Shown: one piece after another, positions 29,081 through 37,549 of the stretch
How the letters are laid out: the number at the start of each line of letters is the position of its first letter
How positions within the stretch are numbered: the first letter of the stretch is position 1
From: Candidatus Micrarchaeota archaeon
Lineage (GTDB): Archaea; Micrarchaeota; Micrarchaeia; Anstonellales; Bilamarchaeaceae
Direction of reading: 5' to 3'
Assembly (NCBI GenBank): GCA_040753215.1
Contig: JBFMEZ010000025.1
Coordinates: 74,440 to 138,439 of the forward strand
Length of the DNA stretch: 64,000 bases
Notes under the pieces: generated by a model
Seen by the model: only the letters and a program-made list of their open reading frames with translations
Databases searched by the model: none
What the model was told of the DNA's origin: nothing
Translations under genes and position numbers: made by a program

Positions 29081-30055
29081 ATGAAAATAATTTCCTTCTC
29101 CAACGGAACGCTCACCATTCTCGACCAGAGGAAGCTCCCGCGCAAAATCCAATATGCAAAATGCCGCAATTACTCAGAAATCTCATCCGCCATAAAAAAC
29201 ATGGCAGTCCGCGGTGCCCCTGCAATCTCAATAGCCGCAGCCTACGGATACGCGCTCGGCGCCCTCTCCGGAAAAGAAAAGGAGGCATGCTCCGCTCTCC
29301 TCTCCTCCCGCCCAACCGCGATAGACCTGAAAAATGCCCTAGATTTCATGAAGAAAGGCAAAGGCAATCCTATTTCACTCGCAAGGAAGTGGGAACAATC
29401 CGTATATGAAAACTGCCGCCTCCTCGGAATCCATGGCCAGAAACTAATCCCAAGAAATGCGAAAATAATGACACACTGCAACACAGGCCCGCTTGCAGTT
29501 GGAAAATACGGCACCGCCCTCTCCGCAATATTCTTCGCCCACAAAAGCAAAAAGCGCCCGTTTGCATGGGTGAAGGAAACCCGCCCCCGCTTCCAGGGCG
29601 CCCTCACTTCCTGGGAGCTTAAGCGCTGGGGCATCCCGCACAGGGTGATAGTCGATTCTGCCGCCGCCTTCCTGATGCAAAAGGGCGAGGTGGGCCTCAT
29701 AATTCTCGGCGCAGACAGGATTTGCAGGAACGGCGATTTCGCAAACAAGATAGGCACCTATTCCCTCGCAGTCCTTGCAAAGGCCCACAATATACCCTTC
29801 TACGTATCCGCCCCCAGCTCAACCCTCGACCATTCCTCCAGCTCAGGCAAAGACATCCCAATAGAATACAGGGATGAAAATGAAATACTGAAAACAAATG
29901 GAAAGCCTGCCTATGCAAAAGGCACAAAAGCCCTCAACCCCGCATTCGACATAACCCCCGCCTCCCTCGTAACCGCCTACATAACCGAAAAAGGGGTATT
30001 CCGGAGCTTGGATGCGCTATGGAAGAGTATGAAGGCCCGAAGTTCAGGGCAATAA
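29081..30055 (+). CDS. mtnA: Methylthioribose-1-phosphate isomerase (eIF2B-like family)
   Basis: LDQRKLP, VRGAPAI, SRPTAIDL, THCNTGPLA, ETRPRFQG, GADRI, NKIGTY, NPAFDITP. Confidence 0.85.
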   Translation: MKIISFSNGTLTILDQRKLPRKIQYAKCRNYSEISSAIKNMAVRGAPAISIAAAYGYALGALSGKEKEACSALLSSRPTAIDLKNALDFMKKGKGNPISLARKWEQSVYENCRLLGIHGQKLIPRNAKIMTHCNTGPLAVGKYGTALSAIFFAHKSKKRPFAWVKETRPRFQGALTSWELKRWGIPHRVIVDSAAAFLMQKGEVGLIILGADRICRNGDFANKIGTYSLAVLAKAHNIPFYVSAPSSTLDHSSSSGKDIPIEYRDENEILKTNGKPAYAKGTKALNPAFDITPASLVTAYITEKGVFRSLDALWKSMKARSSGQ

Positions 30056-30555
30056 AAGTCCCCGGGGAGGTTCCGCTCCGTTGCGCAGAGCGCCTCCTCA
30101 GCCTCGATGCCCAGCCCGGCGCATTCCTGCCGCCCTCCACAAACGGAAACCTGAGCATCCTCTGTGAAAAGGGCTTCCTGATAAAAGGTACAGGCGCCAC
30201 CCTCACCCTCCTCGCAATCGAAGACCTATCCTACGTTTTCTCCCTTGATGAGCGCTCATTATCCGTAACCTTTGCGGGTGCAGCCCCATCCTCGGAGTCC
30301 TTCATGCACCATCTCATCTACCGCTCCGTCCCCGCCTCCTCCATCCTCCATTTCCATGGCGAAGAACTGCTCTCGCGCAGCCTTCCATTTCCATCCGTTC
30401 CCCCTCTCCCATACGGCTCCCTGGAGCTCGCAAAGGCGGTTTCCCTGGAGGCGAAAAGAAGCAAAACCATAATCCTCAGGGAGCACGGCTTCGTCATCTG
30501 GGCAGAGAGCGATGGAGAGCTCCTTTCCCTGCTCCGGAATCTTCTGCAGAAATAG
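30019..30555 (+). CDS. Class II aldolase/adducin family protein
   Basis: GNLS, PSSESFMH, ILHFH, LREHG. Confidence 0.8.
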   Translation: MEEYEGPKFRAIKVPGEVPLRCAERLLSLDAQPGAFLPPSTNGNLSILCEKGFLIKGTGATLTLLAIEDLSYVFSLDERSLSVTFAGAAPSSESFMHHLIYRSVPASSILHFHGEELLSRSLPFPSVPPLPYGSLELAKAVSLEAKRSKTIILREHGFVIWAESDGELLSLLRNLLQK

Positions 30556-31005
30556 CTACCCGATGGTTATTTTCCCGTTCGAATTCCCCACCCTTATCTC
30601 TCCCGAATACTCCCCGCCATCGCATTCCACCCCGCAGCCCGAAACGCTTGCGTTCGCCTCAGCCCCGGAAACCGAAACAAATATCGCATTCCCCCCGCAC
30701 GCGATTTCCGCCCTCTCCATAGAATAAGCCCTTGAATTCCCATCCCCCAGCGCGCAAATCTCATTTCCAATCGCAGCAATATCATTTGCGACAATCCGCG
30801 CCTTCTCCCTCGCATAGACCTGCGCCTCTGCCCCTTTGATTGAAGTCAGCGCAAACAAAGAAACAGCAAGCAAAGATATCCCTACCGCAACCAAAAGCAA
30901 ATATTCAGCAGTCACCTGCCCTCTCCTTTTTGCTTCCTGCATTTGGGTATCCTCGCTCGCTGCTGCTCGCTCGGAAGCAAAAATGAGCCCAAAAACCTCA
31001 AGCAT
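30556..31005 (-). CDS. Class III signal peptide (pilin-like) protein with element-derived leader
   Basis: KRRG/QVTAEYLLLVAVGI; the leader is read through the element at 30922-31003. Confidence 0.75.
   Translation of the reverse strand: MLEVFGLIFASERAAASEDTQMQEAKRRGQVTAEYLLLVAVGISLLAVSLFALTSIKGAEAQVYAREKARIVANDIAAIGNEICALGDGNSRAYSMERAEIACGGNAIFVSVSGAEANASVSGCGVECDGGEYSGEIRVGNSNGKITIG
30922..31003 (-). mobile_element. Gene-end element (variant B) inside a class III leader
   Basis: GCTTGAGGTTTTTGGGCTC.TTTTTGC..CCGAGCGA...GAGCGAGG..ACCCAAA.GCAG...AAAAAGGAGA|GGGCAG aligns with 23212-23372. Confidence 0.75.
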
Positions 31006-31011
31006 CGATGC

Positions 31012-31254
31012 TTACCTGCAATACCCATACTGGCAAAGCCCGGAGAGGCAGTCGGAATTCACGTCGCACGGGTCCCCCGCCTGCCCGGTCCCTCCCTGCG
31101 CATCCCCGCTCTCCGCCAATACCTCCCCGACCCGGCTCTCCACCGCTTCCCCTCCCTGCCTCGCGGCGTTCATCAGGTATACAGCAGCAATAGCAACAAT
31201 CGCAATCACGACCGCCAGCAGTATCAGCATCTCAGCGCTTACCTGTCCTCTCAT
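31012..31254 (-). CDS. Class III signal peptide (pilin-like) protein with Cys-rich tail
   Basis: MRG/QVSAEMLILLAVV; GDPCDVNSDCLSGLCQYGYC. Confidence 0.8.
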   Translation of the reverse strand: MRGQVSAEMLILLAVVIAIVAIAAVYLMNAARQGGEAVESRVGEVLAESGDAQGGTGQAGDPCDVNSDCLSGLCQYGYCR

Positions 31255-31258
31255 AGGC

Positions 31259-32008
31259 TCACCGTATATACGTGATCTCTTTCTTCTCCCCCACGGCCTG
31301 CCTCTCTATCTCGCTTTCAATCTTTTTAATCACTTTCTCCCTCTCCTTCGCCTCCTGCTCAAGCTGCGCAAGGTCCAGCTTGAAGCCGAAGAGCTTCTGC
31401 AGCTTCTCCAGCACCGCCGTAGCCGCAGAGGCATCCACGTAGCTCCCGTGCGTCTCGCCCATGATGCACATCGCATCCATCCCCCTCACGCGCGCAAGCG
31501 CAGGAAGCAGCCCCGCCACCCCCACGATGGAGCCCTTCGTTTCCCCGAATATGAAATGCTCCTTGTACCGGTCCCTTACGCGCTCGCTGTTCGCGGCCGC
31601 AAAAACCTTCTTCGGCCCGCCCATCTTCCCGGAGCTGTACCCGCCGATTGTGATTATCGCCCTGATTTTGTGCTTCTCCGCATAATCTAGGATCTTTCCC
31701 GCCACCTCGTACTGCCCCTGCCCCGTGATCGCCTGCACGTCCCCGACAACCAGCACAAGGTCCCTGTCCTTGAGCCGGATGAGGTAAAACTTGTTCTTGA
31801 GCAGCCGCATCCCGCCCTTCTTCGTCATCAGAACCTGGTGCGGGAAGTGGGGCGAGTACAAATCCGCAATCTTCTTCCCGCCCATCTTCTTTATCATGTA
31901 TTTTGCAACGACCTGCCCGACCAGCCCTATCCCCGGAAGCCCTGTAATCAATACCGGGTTCCTCAGCTTCCCTGCTCCTTCCTTCTCAATTATGGTGGTT
32001 TCAATCAT
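31259..32008 (-). CDS. Proteasome assembly chaperone (PAC2 family)
   Basis: GLPGIGLVG, YSPHFP, IVGVAGLL, GETHG; conserved position after nop10. Confidence 0.9.
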   Translation of the reverse strand: MIETTIIEKEGAGKLRNPVLITGLPGIGLVGQVVAKYMIKKMGGKKIADLYSPHFPHQVLMTKKGGMRLLKNKFYLIRLKDRDLVLVVGDVQAITGQGQYEVAGKILDYAEKHKIRAIITIGGYSSGKMGGPKKVFAAANSERVRDRYKEHFIFGETKGSIVGVAGLLPALARVRGMDAMCIMGETHGSYVDASAATAVLEKLQKLFGFKLDLAQLEQEAKEREKVIKKIESEIERQAVGEKKEITYIR

Positions 32009-32154
32009 TCTAACCCCTTCTCCTTCCTCCTGTACCTAGCATAACGGTCGTTAATATTATAAGGCGGAGGGTGCACGGGCTTCGCCTTCCTGCCGCAGTG
32101 CTCCTCCAGCATCGTATAAGCGCCGCACGAAACGCACCTCCCCATCTTTTTCAT
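32005..32154 (-). CDS. nop10: H/ACA RNP protein Nop10
   Basis: Manual translation MKKMGRCVSCGAYTMLEEHCG...HPPPYNINDRYARYRR. Confidence 0.9.
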   Translation of the reverse strand: MKKMGRCVSCGAYTMLEEHCGRKAKPVHPPPYNINDRYARYRRKEKGLE

Positions 32155-32198
32155 CAGTCTTCAGTCCCCAGCTCCCGGTTTCCAGCCGGATGCTTTCC

Positions 32199-32945
32199 CT
32201 ACTTGTTTTCCTCGACAGAAAATGCGCAGTCCTTCCCCTTGAGCGCCTTCTCGACCCTCGCCGCGGTCCTGTCCATCTCCTTGTCCGCGGCCTTCGGGTC
32301 CTCGCTCTCCACCTTCATCCGGTACCTCCCGGCCCCGAGGTAATGCGCCGGAACCCCTTCCAGCGCCTTCTTTATCACTTCAATGCCGTCCGGCTCGTAG
32401 CACGTTATCTTGAATGTCCTCGAGATCTCGACCACTGGCTTCTTCACGTATTTCGCGACAAGCTCCTCTATCTCCTTCCCCAGCTCATCCGGGATGTCCA
32501 GCCCTTCAAAGGCGGAGCCCCCCTCATCCCTCACCGACTCGAAGAAGGAGAAAAGCTCCCCGTGCTTCTCCTCTATCTCGCTTCTCAGCTTCTCGAAGGG
32601 CTTCCTTGATTTCGCATTCTTAAGCGCAACCTGCAGCAGCTTGGCGGCCCGCGTCTCCCTCCTCATCGCCTCGAGCTTGCCCACCCTCTCGCTCTCGCTC
32701 ACCCTCTTGAGCGAGAGGTCCACCTGGTTCTTCTCCCTGTCCACCCTGTGCACCTTCAGGACAAGCTTCTGGTTTTCGGAAAGGAATTCGCGTATGTTCT
32801 TTATCCAGCGGGGCGCGACCTCGGAAACGTGCATGAACCCCTCAAGGTTCCCGTATTCGGTGAGGGAGCAGAACGCCCCGTATGGCATTATCTTCTTCAC
32901 GACCGCAAAAACCAGTTCGTTTTCTTTTGGAAGCGCAACCATCAT
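32199..32945 (-). CDS. Translation initiation factor 2 alpha subunit
   Basis: S1 domain YGAFCSL.EY...EGFMHVSEVAPRWIKNI, DLSLKRV, YLGAGRYR. Confidence 0.9.
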   Translation of the reverse strand: MMVALPKENELVFAVVKKIMPYGAFCSLTEYGNLEGFMHVSEVAPRWIKNIREFLSENQKLVLKVHRVDREKNQVDLSLKRVSESERVGKLEAMRRETRAAKLLQVALKNAKSRKPFEKLRSEIEEKHGELFSFFESVRDEGGSAFEGLDIPDELGKEIEELVAKYVKKPVVEISRTFKITCYEPDGIEVIKKALEGVPAHYLGAGRYRMKVESEDPKAADKEMDRTAARVEKALKGKDCAFSVEENK

Positions 32946-33106
32946 TCCATCTCGGATACAATTGTCCCTCCGACCACTATGCACTTCCCGCCCCTCGGCT
33001 CAACCAGCCTCTTGTTGCACACCCTGCAGCCCACGCGGCTTGAGGCGCTCTCGAAAATGACCTGCTCGTTCCCGCACTCACACTTAACCTTCATGTACCT
33101 GCTCAT
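32942..33106 (-). CDS. rps27e: Ribosomal protein S27e
   Basis: Manual translation MSRYMKVKCECGNEQVIF...CRVCNKRLVEPRGGK. Confidence 0.9.
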   Translation of the reverse strand: MSRYMKVKCECGNEQVIFESASSRVGCRVCNKRLVEPRGGKCIVVGGTIVSEME

Positions 33107-33112
33107 AAATCA

Positions 33113-33394
33113 TCATCTCTTCAATTCCACTTTCTTCTTCGTCCTCCCCCGCAGGACCTTCTCAACGCTCTTCTTGCACTCCGGGCAGGTGAGCATCAGC
33201 TTCTGCCTCTTCCCCTGCTTCTTCACGGCCTTCTTCCCCTTCCTCTTTCCCCCGTGCCCCAGAAGGCTCCTCTCGTGCCTCCTCGTCCCGTGGGCGAGGC
33301 TCCTCGCCCTTCCCTTGCTGGCAATCTTCACCTTCATCCTCTGGTGCCTGCTGCACGTGGGGCAGTATGTCCTGATCTCCTTTGGAAATTCCAT
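33113..33394 (-). CDS. rpl44e: Ribosomal protein L44e
   Basis: PKEIRTYCPTCSRH...LTCPEC. Confidence 0.95.
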   Translation of the reverse strand: MEFPKEIRTYCPTCSRHQRMKVKIASKGRARSLAHGTRRHERSLLGHGGKRKGKKAVKKQGKRQKLMLTCPECKKSVEKVLRGRTKKKVELKR

Positions 33395-33455
33395 CCTAAA
33401 TCACCTTAAATTACTGAAGCAGCTCCACCATCTTTTCCTTAAGAAGCCACTGCGC

Positions 33456-33561
33456 TCCGAACCGCGGGGAGAGCGCTCCCCCCATTCAGTTTCCTGTTTC
33501 CAGCCTCCAGTTTCCCTAAACCCTAAACGGGAAACCGGGAACTCTCTGACCCCCTCCCACT
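33456..33561 (-). mobile_element. Gene-end element (variant A) between two copies of the GINS 3' end
   Basis: AGTGGGAGGGGGTCAGA...GGGGGGAGCGCTCTCCCCGCGG; displaced 15-codon tail at 33411-33455. Confidence 0.85.
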
Positions 33562-34119
33562 TCATTGTAGGAGCTCTGCCATCTTCTCTTTCAGAAGCCA
33601 TTGGGCCTCCTCACCAGGCAGCTCCGCCTCGTCCCCCGTCTTGAAGGGCCCGTAGACCTTCTCGTCCAGCCCTTTGTAGGGGCTTATATCTTTTACGAAC
33701 TTAATTCTTTTAATGTTTGCCTTCCCGCCCCCGACCACAACCGCATCCGTCCCTGAGACGGAAATACTGCACTTCTCCGCGTCCACGAGCCCGTGCATAG
33801 CTGCCTCGTTCCTGTCCACGACCTCCCTGAGCCGGGCCAGGAACTCCTTCTCCTCCGGAGTCAGCCCCTTCACCTCGCTCTTCCCGCGCAATGAAATGAG
33901 CACAATCTTTTCCATCCTCTTGTTGATGATGCCTTTCGCAATCCTCTTCACGTTCTCGCATTCCTTTATCACGAGCAAATTCTGCGAAGAAAGCGCCTCG
34001 CTCTTCCTCGCTTCGAGAAAAGCCCTCAGCTCCGGGTAGAACCCCTCATCAAGGGCCGCGAGCTCCGCGTTCTGCATCTCGGAGCGCTGCAACTCCCTCA
34101 GCCTTGAGTACGTGAGCAT
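33562..34119 (-). CDS. GINS complex subunit (Gins15/51 type)
   Basis: L..LDEGFY, RMEKIV, GLTPEEKEF, B-domain YKGLDEKVYGPF..GD; synteny with L44e. Confidence 0.85.
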   Translation of the reverse strand: MLTYSRLRELQRSEMQNAELAALDEGFYPELRAFLEARKSEALSSQNLLVIKECENVKRIAKGIINKRMEKIVLISLRGKSEVKGLTPEEKEFLARLREVVDRNEAAMHGLVDAEKCSISVSGTDAVVVGGGKANIKRIKFVKDISPYKGLDEKVYGPFKTGDEAELPGEEAQWLLKEKMAELLQ

Positions 34120-34173
34120 AAGATTCCTTCCCCACTTACTTTACCGGAAAATGAATATAAACCGGTAAGTTTG

Positions 34174-35043
34174 CTATCCAACATACTCCCAGTACTGCTT
34201 CACGAAAACCGAGAACAGATACCGCACGAAATGCGCGCTCCGTTTCGAGTAGTCCACCTTCCGCAGCACAAGATAATAGAGCATTTTTTCTGCATCAAAT
34301 ATATTCAGCAGCGGATACCCGTTCCTCAGCAGCACCAAGTTCATGAGCAGCCTGGACATCCTTCCATTCCCGTCCCTGAACGGGTGTATGCGCACAAACT
34401 TGAGGTGCACGAGCGCCGCCAGCTCAAAGGGGTTCAGCTTCCCCTTCGCCTCCGAGTACCACCTGAAGAACTTTCCCATCAGCTCCGGCACCTCCTCGTG
34501 CCTCGGCGCAAAATAGCCTCCCACCCGCACATCCACATCCCTGTACCTGCCCGCATCCCGCATGGAACCATCCATCTGCATCCTGTGCAGCTTCAGCACC
34601 AGCTTCTCAGAAATATCTTCTCTGTTGCTGAAGAGGAAATCGACGCACTTCTTCATGTTCCTCGCTTCCCGCGCGTACTCCCCCTTTCCCTTCACTCTTC
34701 TCCCCAGCAGCGCCGCCTCCGTCTCCTCCAGCGTGAGCGTGCTTCCCTCAATCGCATTCGTGTTGTAGATGAAGCTTACCAGCCGCTCCCTCTCTTCCTT
34801 CCAGAGGTTCTTTCCTATCCTGTGCTTTTTCGAGTAATTTTTCCTTATTTTTTCCAGCACCTCCGTTTCCTCTTCTGAAAGAATGGGCTTCGGGCGCTCC
34901 CGCCTCGGCTTCTCAAAGCCGGCCGGCGTATGCACGCCGAGGTATTTCCGCACCTTCTTCGTCTTCTCCCCAACTCTCTTCGTCTCCGTAAGATAGTAGT
35001 AAGTCTTTCCCGCGATTTTTTTCTTCTCTATGTATCCCGCCAT
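34174..35043 (-). CDS. Fic family protein with N-terminal DNA-binding-like domain
   Basis: IHPFRDGNGRMSR, TNAIEG. Confidence 0.9.
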   Translation of the reverse strand: MAGYIEKKKIAGKTYYYLTETKRVGEKTKKVRKYLGVHTPAGFEKPRRERPKPILSEEETEVLEKIRKNYSKKHRIGKNLWKEERERLVSFIYNTNAIEGSTLTLEETEAALLGRRVKGKGEYAREARNMKKCVDFLFSNREDISEKLVLKLHRMQMDGSMRDAGRYRDVDVRVGGYFAPRHEEVPELMGKFFRWYSEAKGKLNPFELAALVHLKFVRIHPFRDGNGRMSRLLMNLVLLRNGYPLLNIFDAEKMLYYLVLRKVDYSKRSAHFVRYLFSVFVKQYWEYVG

Positions 35044-35047
35044 ACAT

Positions 35048-35087
35048 ACATTTAGGGGGCACGCCATTTTAAACATTTAGGGGGCAC
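35048..35087. promoter_or_regulatory. 15-bp direct repeat flanking the fic TATA box (probable operator)
   Basis: ACATTTAGGGGGCAC at 35048-35062 and 35073-35087 around TTTTAAA. Confidence 0.6.
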
Positions 35088-35214
35088 AGTTCCAGTTTCC
35101 TGTATCCGGTTTTCAGTTTCGATTGCTTTATGGCTATGCTTTCCATTTTTGTAGTCCCATCCAATCGGGAAAGTGGAGACTGAAAACCTGTTGCTGGAAA
35201 CCGAAGACTGATTT

Positions 35215-35238
35215 AGCCCCGGAGGGGGATTGAACCCC
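35215..35238 (-). repeat. 24-bp duplicate of the tRNA-Thr 3' end
   Basis: Identical to 35871-35894. Confidence 0.95.
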
Positions 35239-35334
35239 TCCAAGAAGAAGGGGGAAGGCGTTCCCCCCTCTCTTTAGGGTAATCATACCCCCCTTCCACT
35301 TCACTTCGTCACTCTTTGCACGTGCTCCTTACGC
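35239..35334 (-). mobile_element. Gene-end element (variant A')
   Basis: GCGTAAGGAGCACG...GTGAAGTGGAAGGGGGG...GGGGGGAACGCCTTCCCCC...TTGGA|GGGGTTC. Confidence 0.8.
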
Positions 35335-35375
35335 CCGACCGAAAGAGATTAAATCCACGCCCCAGAACATCTCGT

Positions 35376-35867
35376 ATGCAGATAATCATAAGGAAAGCCC
35401 GCCCGGGCGACATCGAACTGCTCGCGCCCATGTGGAGGGAACTCACCAATTACCATACTATTCTCGCAGCCAGAAATCCGGCAAGAAAAGAGTTTACCGC
35501 AATGGTCGGAAACGCAGAATCACTATGGAGAAAGTGGATTCTGAAATGGATTCGCTCGCCCAACGGGCTCGTGCTGATAGCGGAGCATGCCGGCAAGCCA
35601 GTCGGTTATTCCTTCAATTTCATCAAGAAATCCAATCCGGTGTATCGCGTAAATAAGATGGGCTGCATGAGCGACCTTTACGTCGCACCCGGCTACCGCA
35701 ATAAAGGAATTTCCTCACGATTCAGGGACGAAGCATTCAAGTGGTTCAGAAAGAAGGGCTTGAGGCACGCTTGCATAGGCGCCCACGGCTCCAACAAAAG
35801 AGCCCTGAGCATTTATCGGAAATGGGGTTTCTTCGACTTCTCAGTTGATCTAAGAAAGAGGATATAA
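35376..35867 (+). CDS. GNAT acetyltransferase (cargo of tRNA-Thr islet)
   Basis: DLYVAPGYRNKGIS, NKRALSIYRKWGF. Confidence 0.9.
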   Translation: MQIIIRKARPGDIELLAPMWRELTNYHTILAARNPARKEFTAMVGNAESLWRKWILKWIRSPNGLVLIAEHAGKPVGYSFNFIKKSNPVYRVNKMGCMSDLYVAPGYRNKGISSRFRDEAFKWFRKKGLRHACIGAHGSNKRALSIYRKWGFFDFSVDLRKRI

Positions 35868-35870
35868 CCA

Positions 35871-36078
35871 AGCCCCGGAGGGGGATTGAACCCCCGACCT
35901 CTCGCTGTCCCGTTTCCGGTTTCCGCATCTCTGCGGAGATGACTCCGCTTCTCTGCGGAGAAGACTGGCAGAATCCTTCGGGATTCCGCCATGGCAGAAA
36001 CCTGCTGGTTTCCGCCATCCTGTTTCCAGTTCCGAACCGGATTACGAGGCGAGCGCTCTACCGCTGAGCTACCGAGGC
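35871..36078 (-). tRNA. tRNA-Thr(CGT) with 136-nt intron at 37/38 (35907-36042)
   Basis: Exons 36043-36078 and 35871-35906 join to a 72-nt cloverleaf with CTCGC-CTCGTAA-GCGAG; bulge-helix-bulge CTCG/CGGG with 3-nt bulges. Confidence 0.9.
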
Positions 36079-36174
36079 GCAAAGAGGAAGGGGGAAGCGT
36101 TCCCCCTTCTCTTTAGCGTAATCATAACTCCCTTCAACTTTGCTTAGGGGATGCTTTGCTCGTACTCCTTACGC
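36079..36174 (-). mobile_element. Gene-end element (variant A') abutting tRNA-Thr position 1
   Basis: GCGTAAGGAGTACG...GAAGGGGGAACGCTTCCCCCTTC; TATA-like TTTAATAA about 20 nt upstream. Confidence 0.8.
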
Positions 36175-36212
36175 ATTTCTTTGCTCCCCAACTTTTATTA
36201 AATTGAGGAGAA

Positions 36213-36296
36213 CGCCAGGAGCAGGATTTGAACCTGCAATCCCTTGCGGGACTCGTTTTCGAGACGAGCGCGTTCACCGGGCTCCGCCATCCTGGC
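36213..36296 (-). tRNA. tRNA-Ser(CGA)
   Basis: GCCAGGA acceptor, CTCGT-CTCGAAA-ACGAG, long variable arm TCCC-GCAA-GGGA. Confidence 0.95.
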
Positions 36297-36304
36297 AGCA
36301 ATTA

Positions 36305-36982
36305 TTATACTCCGCTTATTTTCTTAAACCTGATTGCATCCTCGCCCATAGTAATGTTGTTGAAGAATACGTACTCCGCTCCCCTCGTTTTCTTTGCAAT
36401 TTCCTTTAGCTCCGCATCGCTGAATGTATAATAATACATCATCCTTTCTCCCAATCCGTGCAATCTGTAATACCCAATTTTCCGATGAAAACTCTCCTGC
36501 CTCAAAGGGTCCACAATATGCTCCAGCTCTAGTTCTTCAAATAGGGGCTCCGCAATCTCCCGTGTCCAGTCCTTGCTCCATCTCACCTCCCACCCCAGCC
36601 TAAACTCTTCCCGCTTAATCTTCCCGAAGAATTTCCTCGCCCTCGCAATATTCTCCTTCGTAGGCTTAAATGAAGCAGGAGATTGGAAAACCAGAAAGTC
36701 CGCCCTCAACAATTCCGCAACTTTCTTCGTCTCCCAAAATGCCTTCACCGATTCCGCTCCTCTAAACCTGTCAAAATGCGTCACAGTTCGCAAAACCTTC
36801 AGCGTAAACTCAAACTCCGGATTCACCGAATCCGCCTTCGCCCTCCACTTCTCCGCGGTCTTCAGCATAGGCAGTTTATAGAAGGTGGAATTCACCTCCA
36901 CCGCAGGAAATGCATGCACATAATTCAGCAGCCTGTCTCCCCTCTCAGGAAAAGAAGACCATCCGCAGGTTCCTATTTTCAT
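36305..36982 (-). CDS. DUF72 family protein
   Basis: IGTCGW, VEVNSTFY, YYRLHG, YVFFNN. Confidence 0.9.
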   Translation of the reverse strand: MKIGTCGWSSFPERGDRLLNYVHAFPAVEVNSTFYKLPMLKTAEKWRAKADSVNPEFEFTLKVLRTVTHFDRFRGAESVKAFWETKKVAELLRADFLVFQSPASFKPTKENIARARKFFGKIKREEFRLGWEVRWSKDWTREIAEPLFEELELEHIVDPLRQESFHRKIGYYRLHGLGERMMYYYTFSDAELKEIAKKTRGAEYVFFNNITMGEDAIRFKKISGV

Positions 36983-36987
36983 AGCAC

Positions 36988-37428
36988 TCACAAGAATTTG
37001 CTCATCACGCACACATCCTTGCCGCCCCAGTGCTTCCTCAGCCTCGCCTCTTCCTTATAACCCCTGCTCTTATAGAATTTGTACGCATTAATCGTGGGCA
37101 AAGTCCAAAGATAAATCTTCACGCACTTGTTCTTTCTCGCCATCTCCTCGCACTTTTCCAGCAATTCCGTGCCTATCCCGCTTCTCCTGCGTCCCTTCGC
37201 AACAGCAAAAGCGCCCACGCTAGCGACCTTCCTCCCCACACGCAGCGAAATCGCCCCGACTATCCTGCCCCCTTCCTTGGCGGATAAAAAGTACCTTTTT
37301 TCCTTATTAGAAAATGTCTTGTAATAATCCGCCCCGGCCTTGGGCCCGAAGAAATCCATGAAAAAGCCCTTCATCTCCCTGCCTACGAATTTTCTGTACG
37401 CCTTTTTGGAAACAGGAGCTATTCTCAT
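36988..37428 (-). CDS. GNAT acetyltransferase
   Basis: AVAKGRRRSGIGTELL, AYKFYKSRGY. Confidence 0.85.
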   Translation of the reverse strand: MRIAPVSKKAYRKFVGREMKGFFMDFFGPKAGADYYKTFSNKEKRYFLSAKEGGRIVGAISLRVGRKVASVGAFAVAKGRRRSGIGTELLEKCEEMARKNKCVKIYLWTLPTINAYKFYKSRGYKEEARLRKHWGGKDVCVMSKFL

Positions 37429-37549
37429 GCTGGGCTTACGAAGCCAAAGGCTAAAAATCAGATTGCGGTTCCGGGTAGTCCACGCCCGCCGCAATTCCCT
37501 ATTGTGTCATATTATGTATTTTTATATTCTATCAGGCATAAATCAACTA

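Noticed and set aside
37465..37500. Possible decayed tRNA-Gly(GCC) 3' duplicate bounding the Qng1-like gene
   Set aside because: Match (TTGCGG..CCGGG) is too short and gapped
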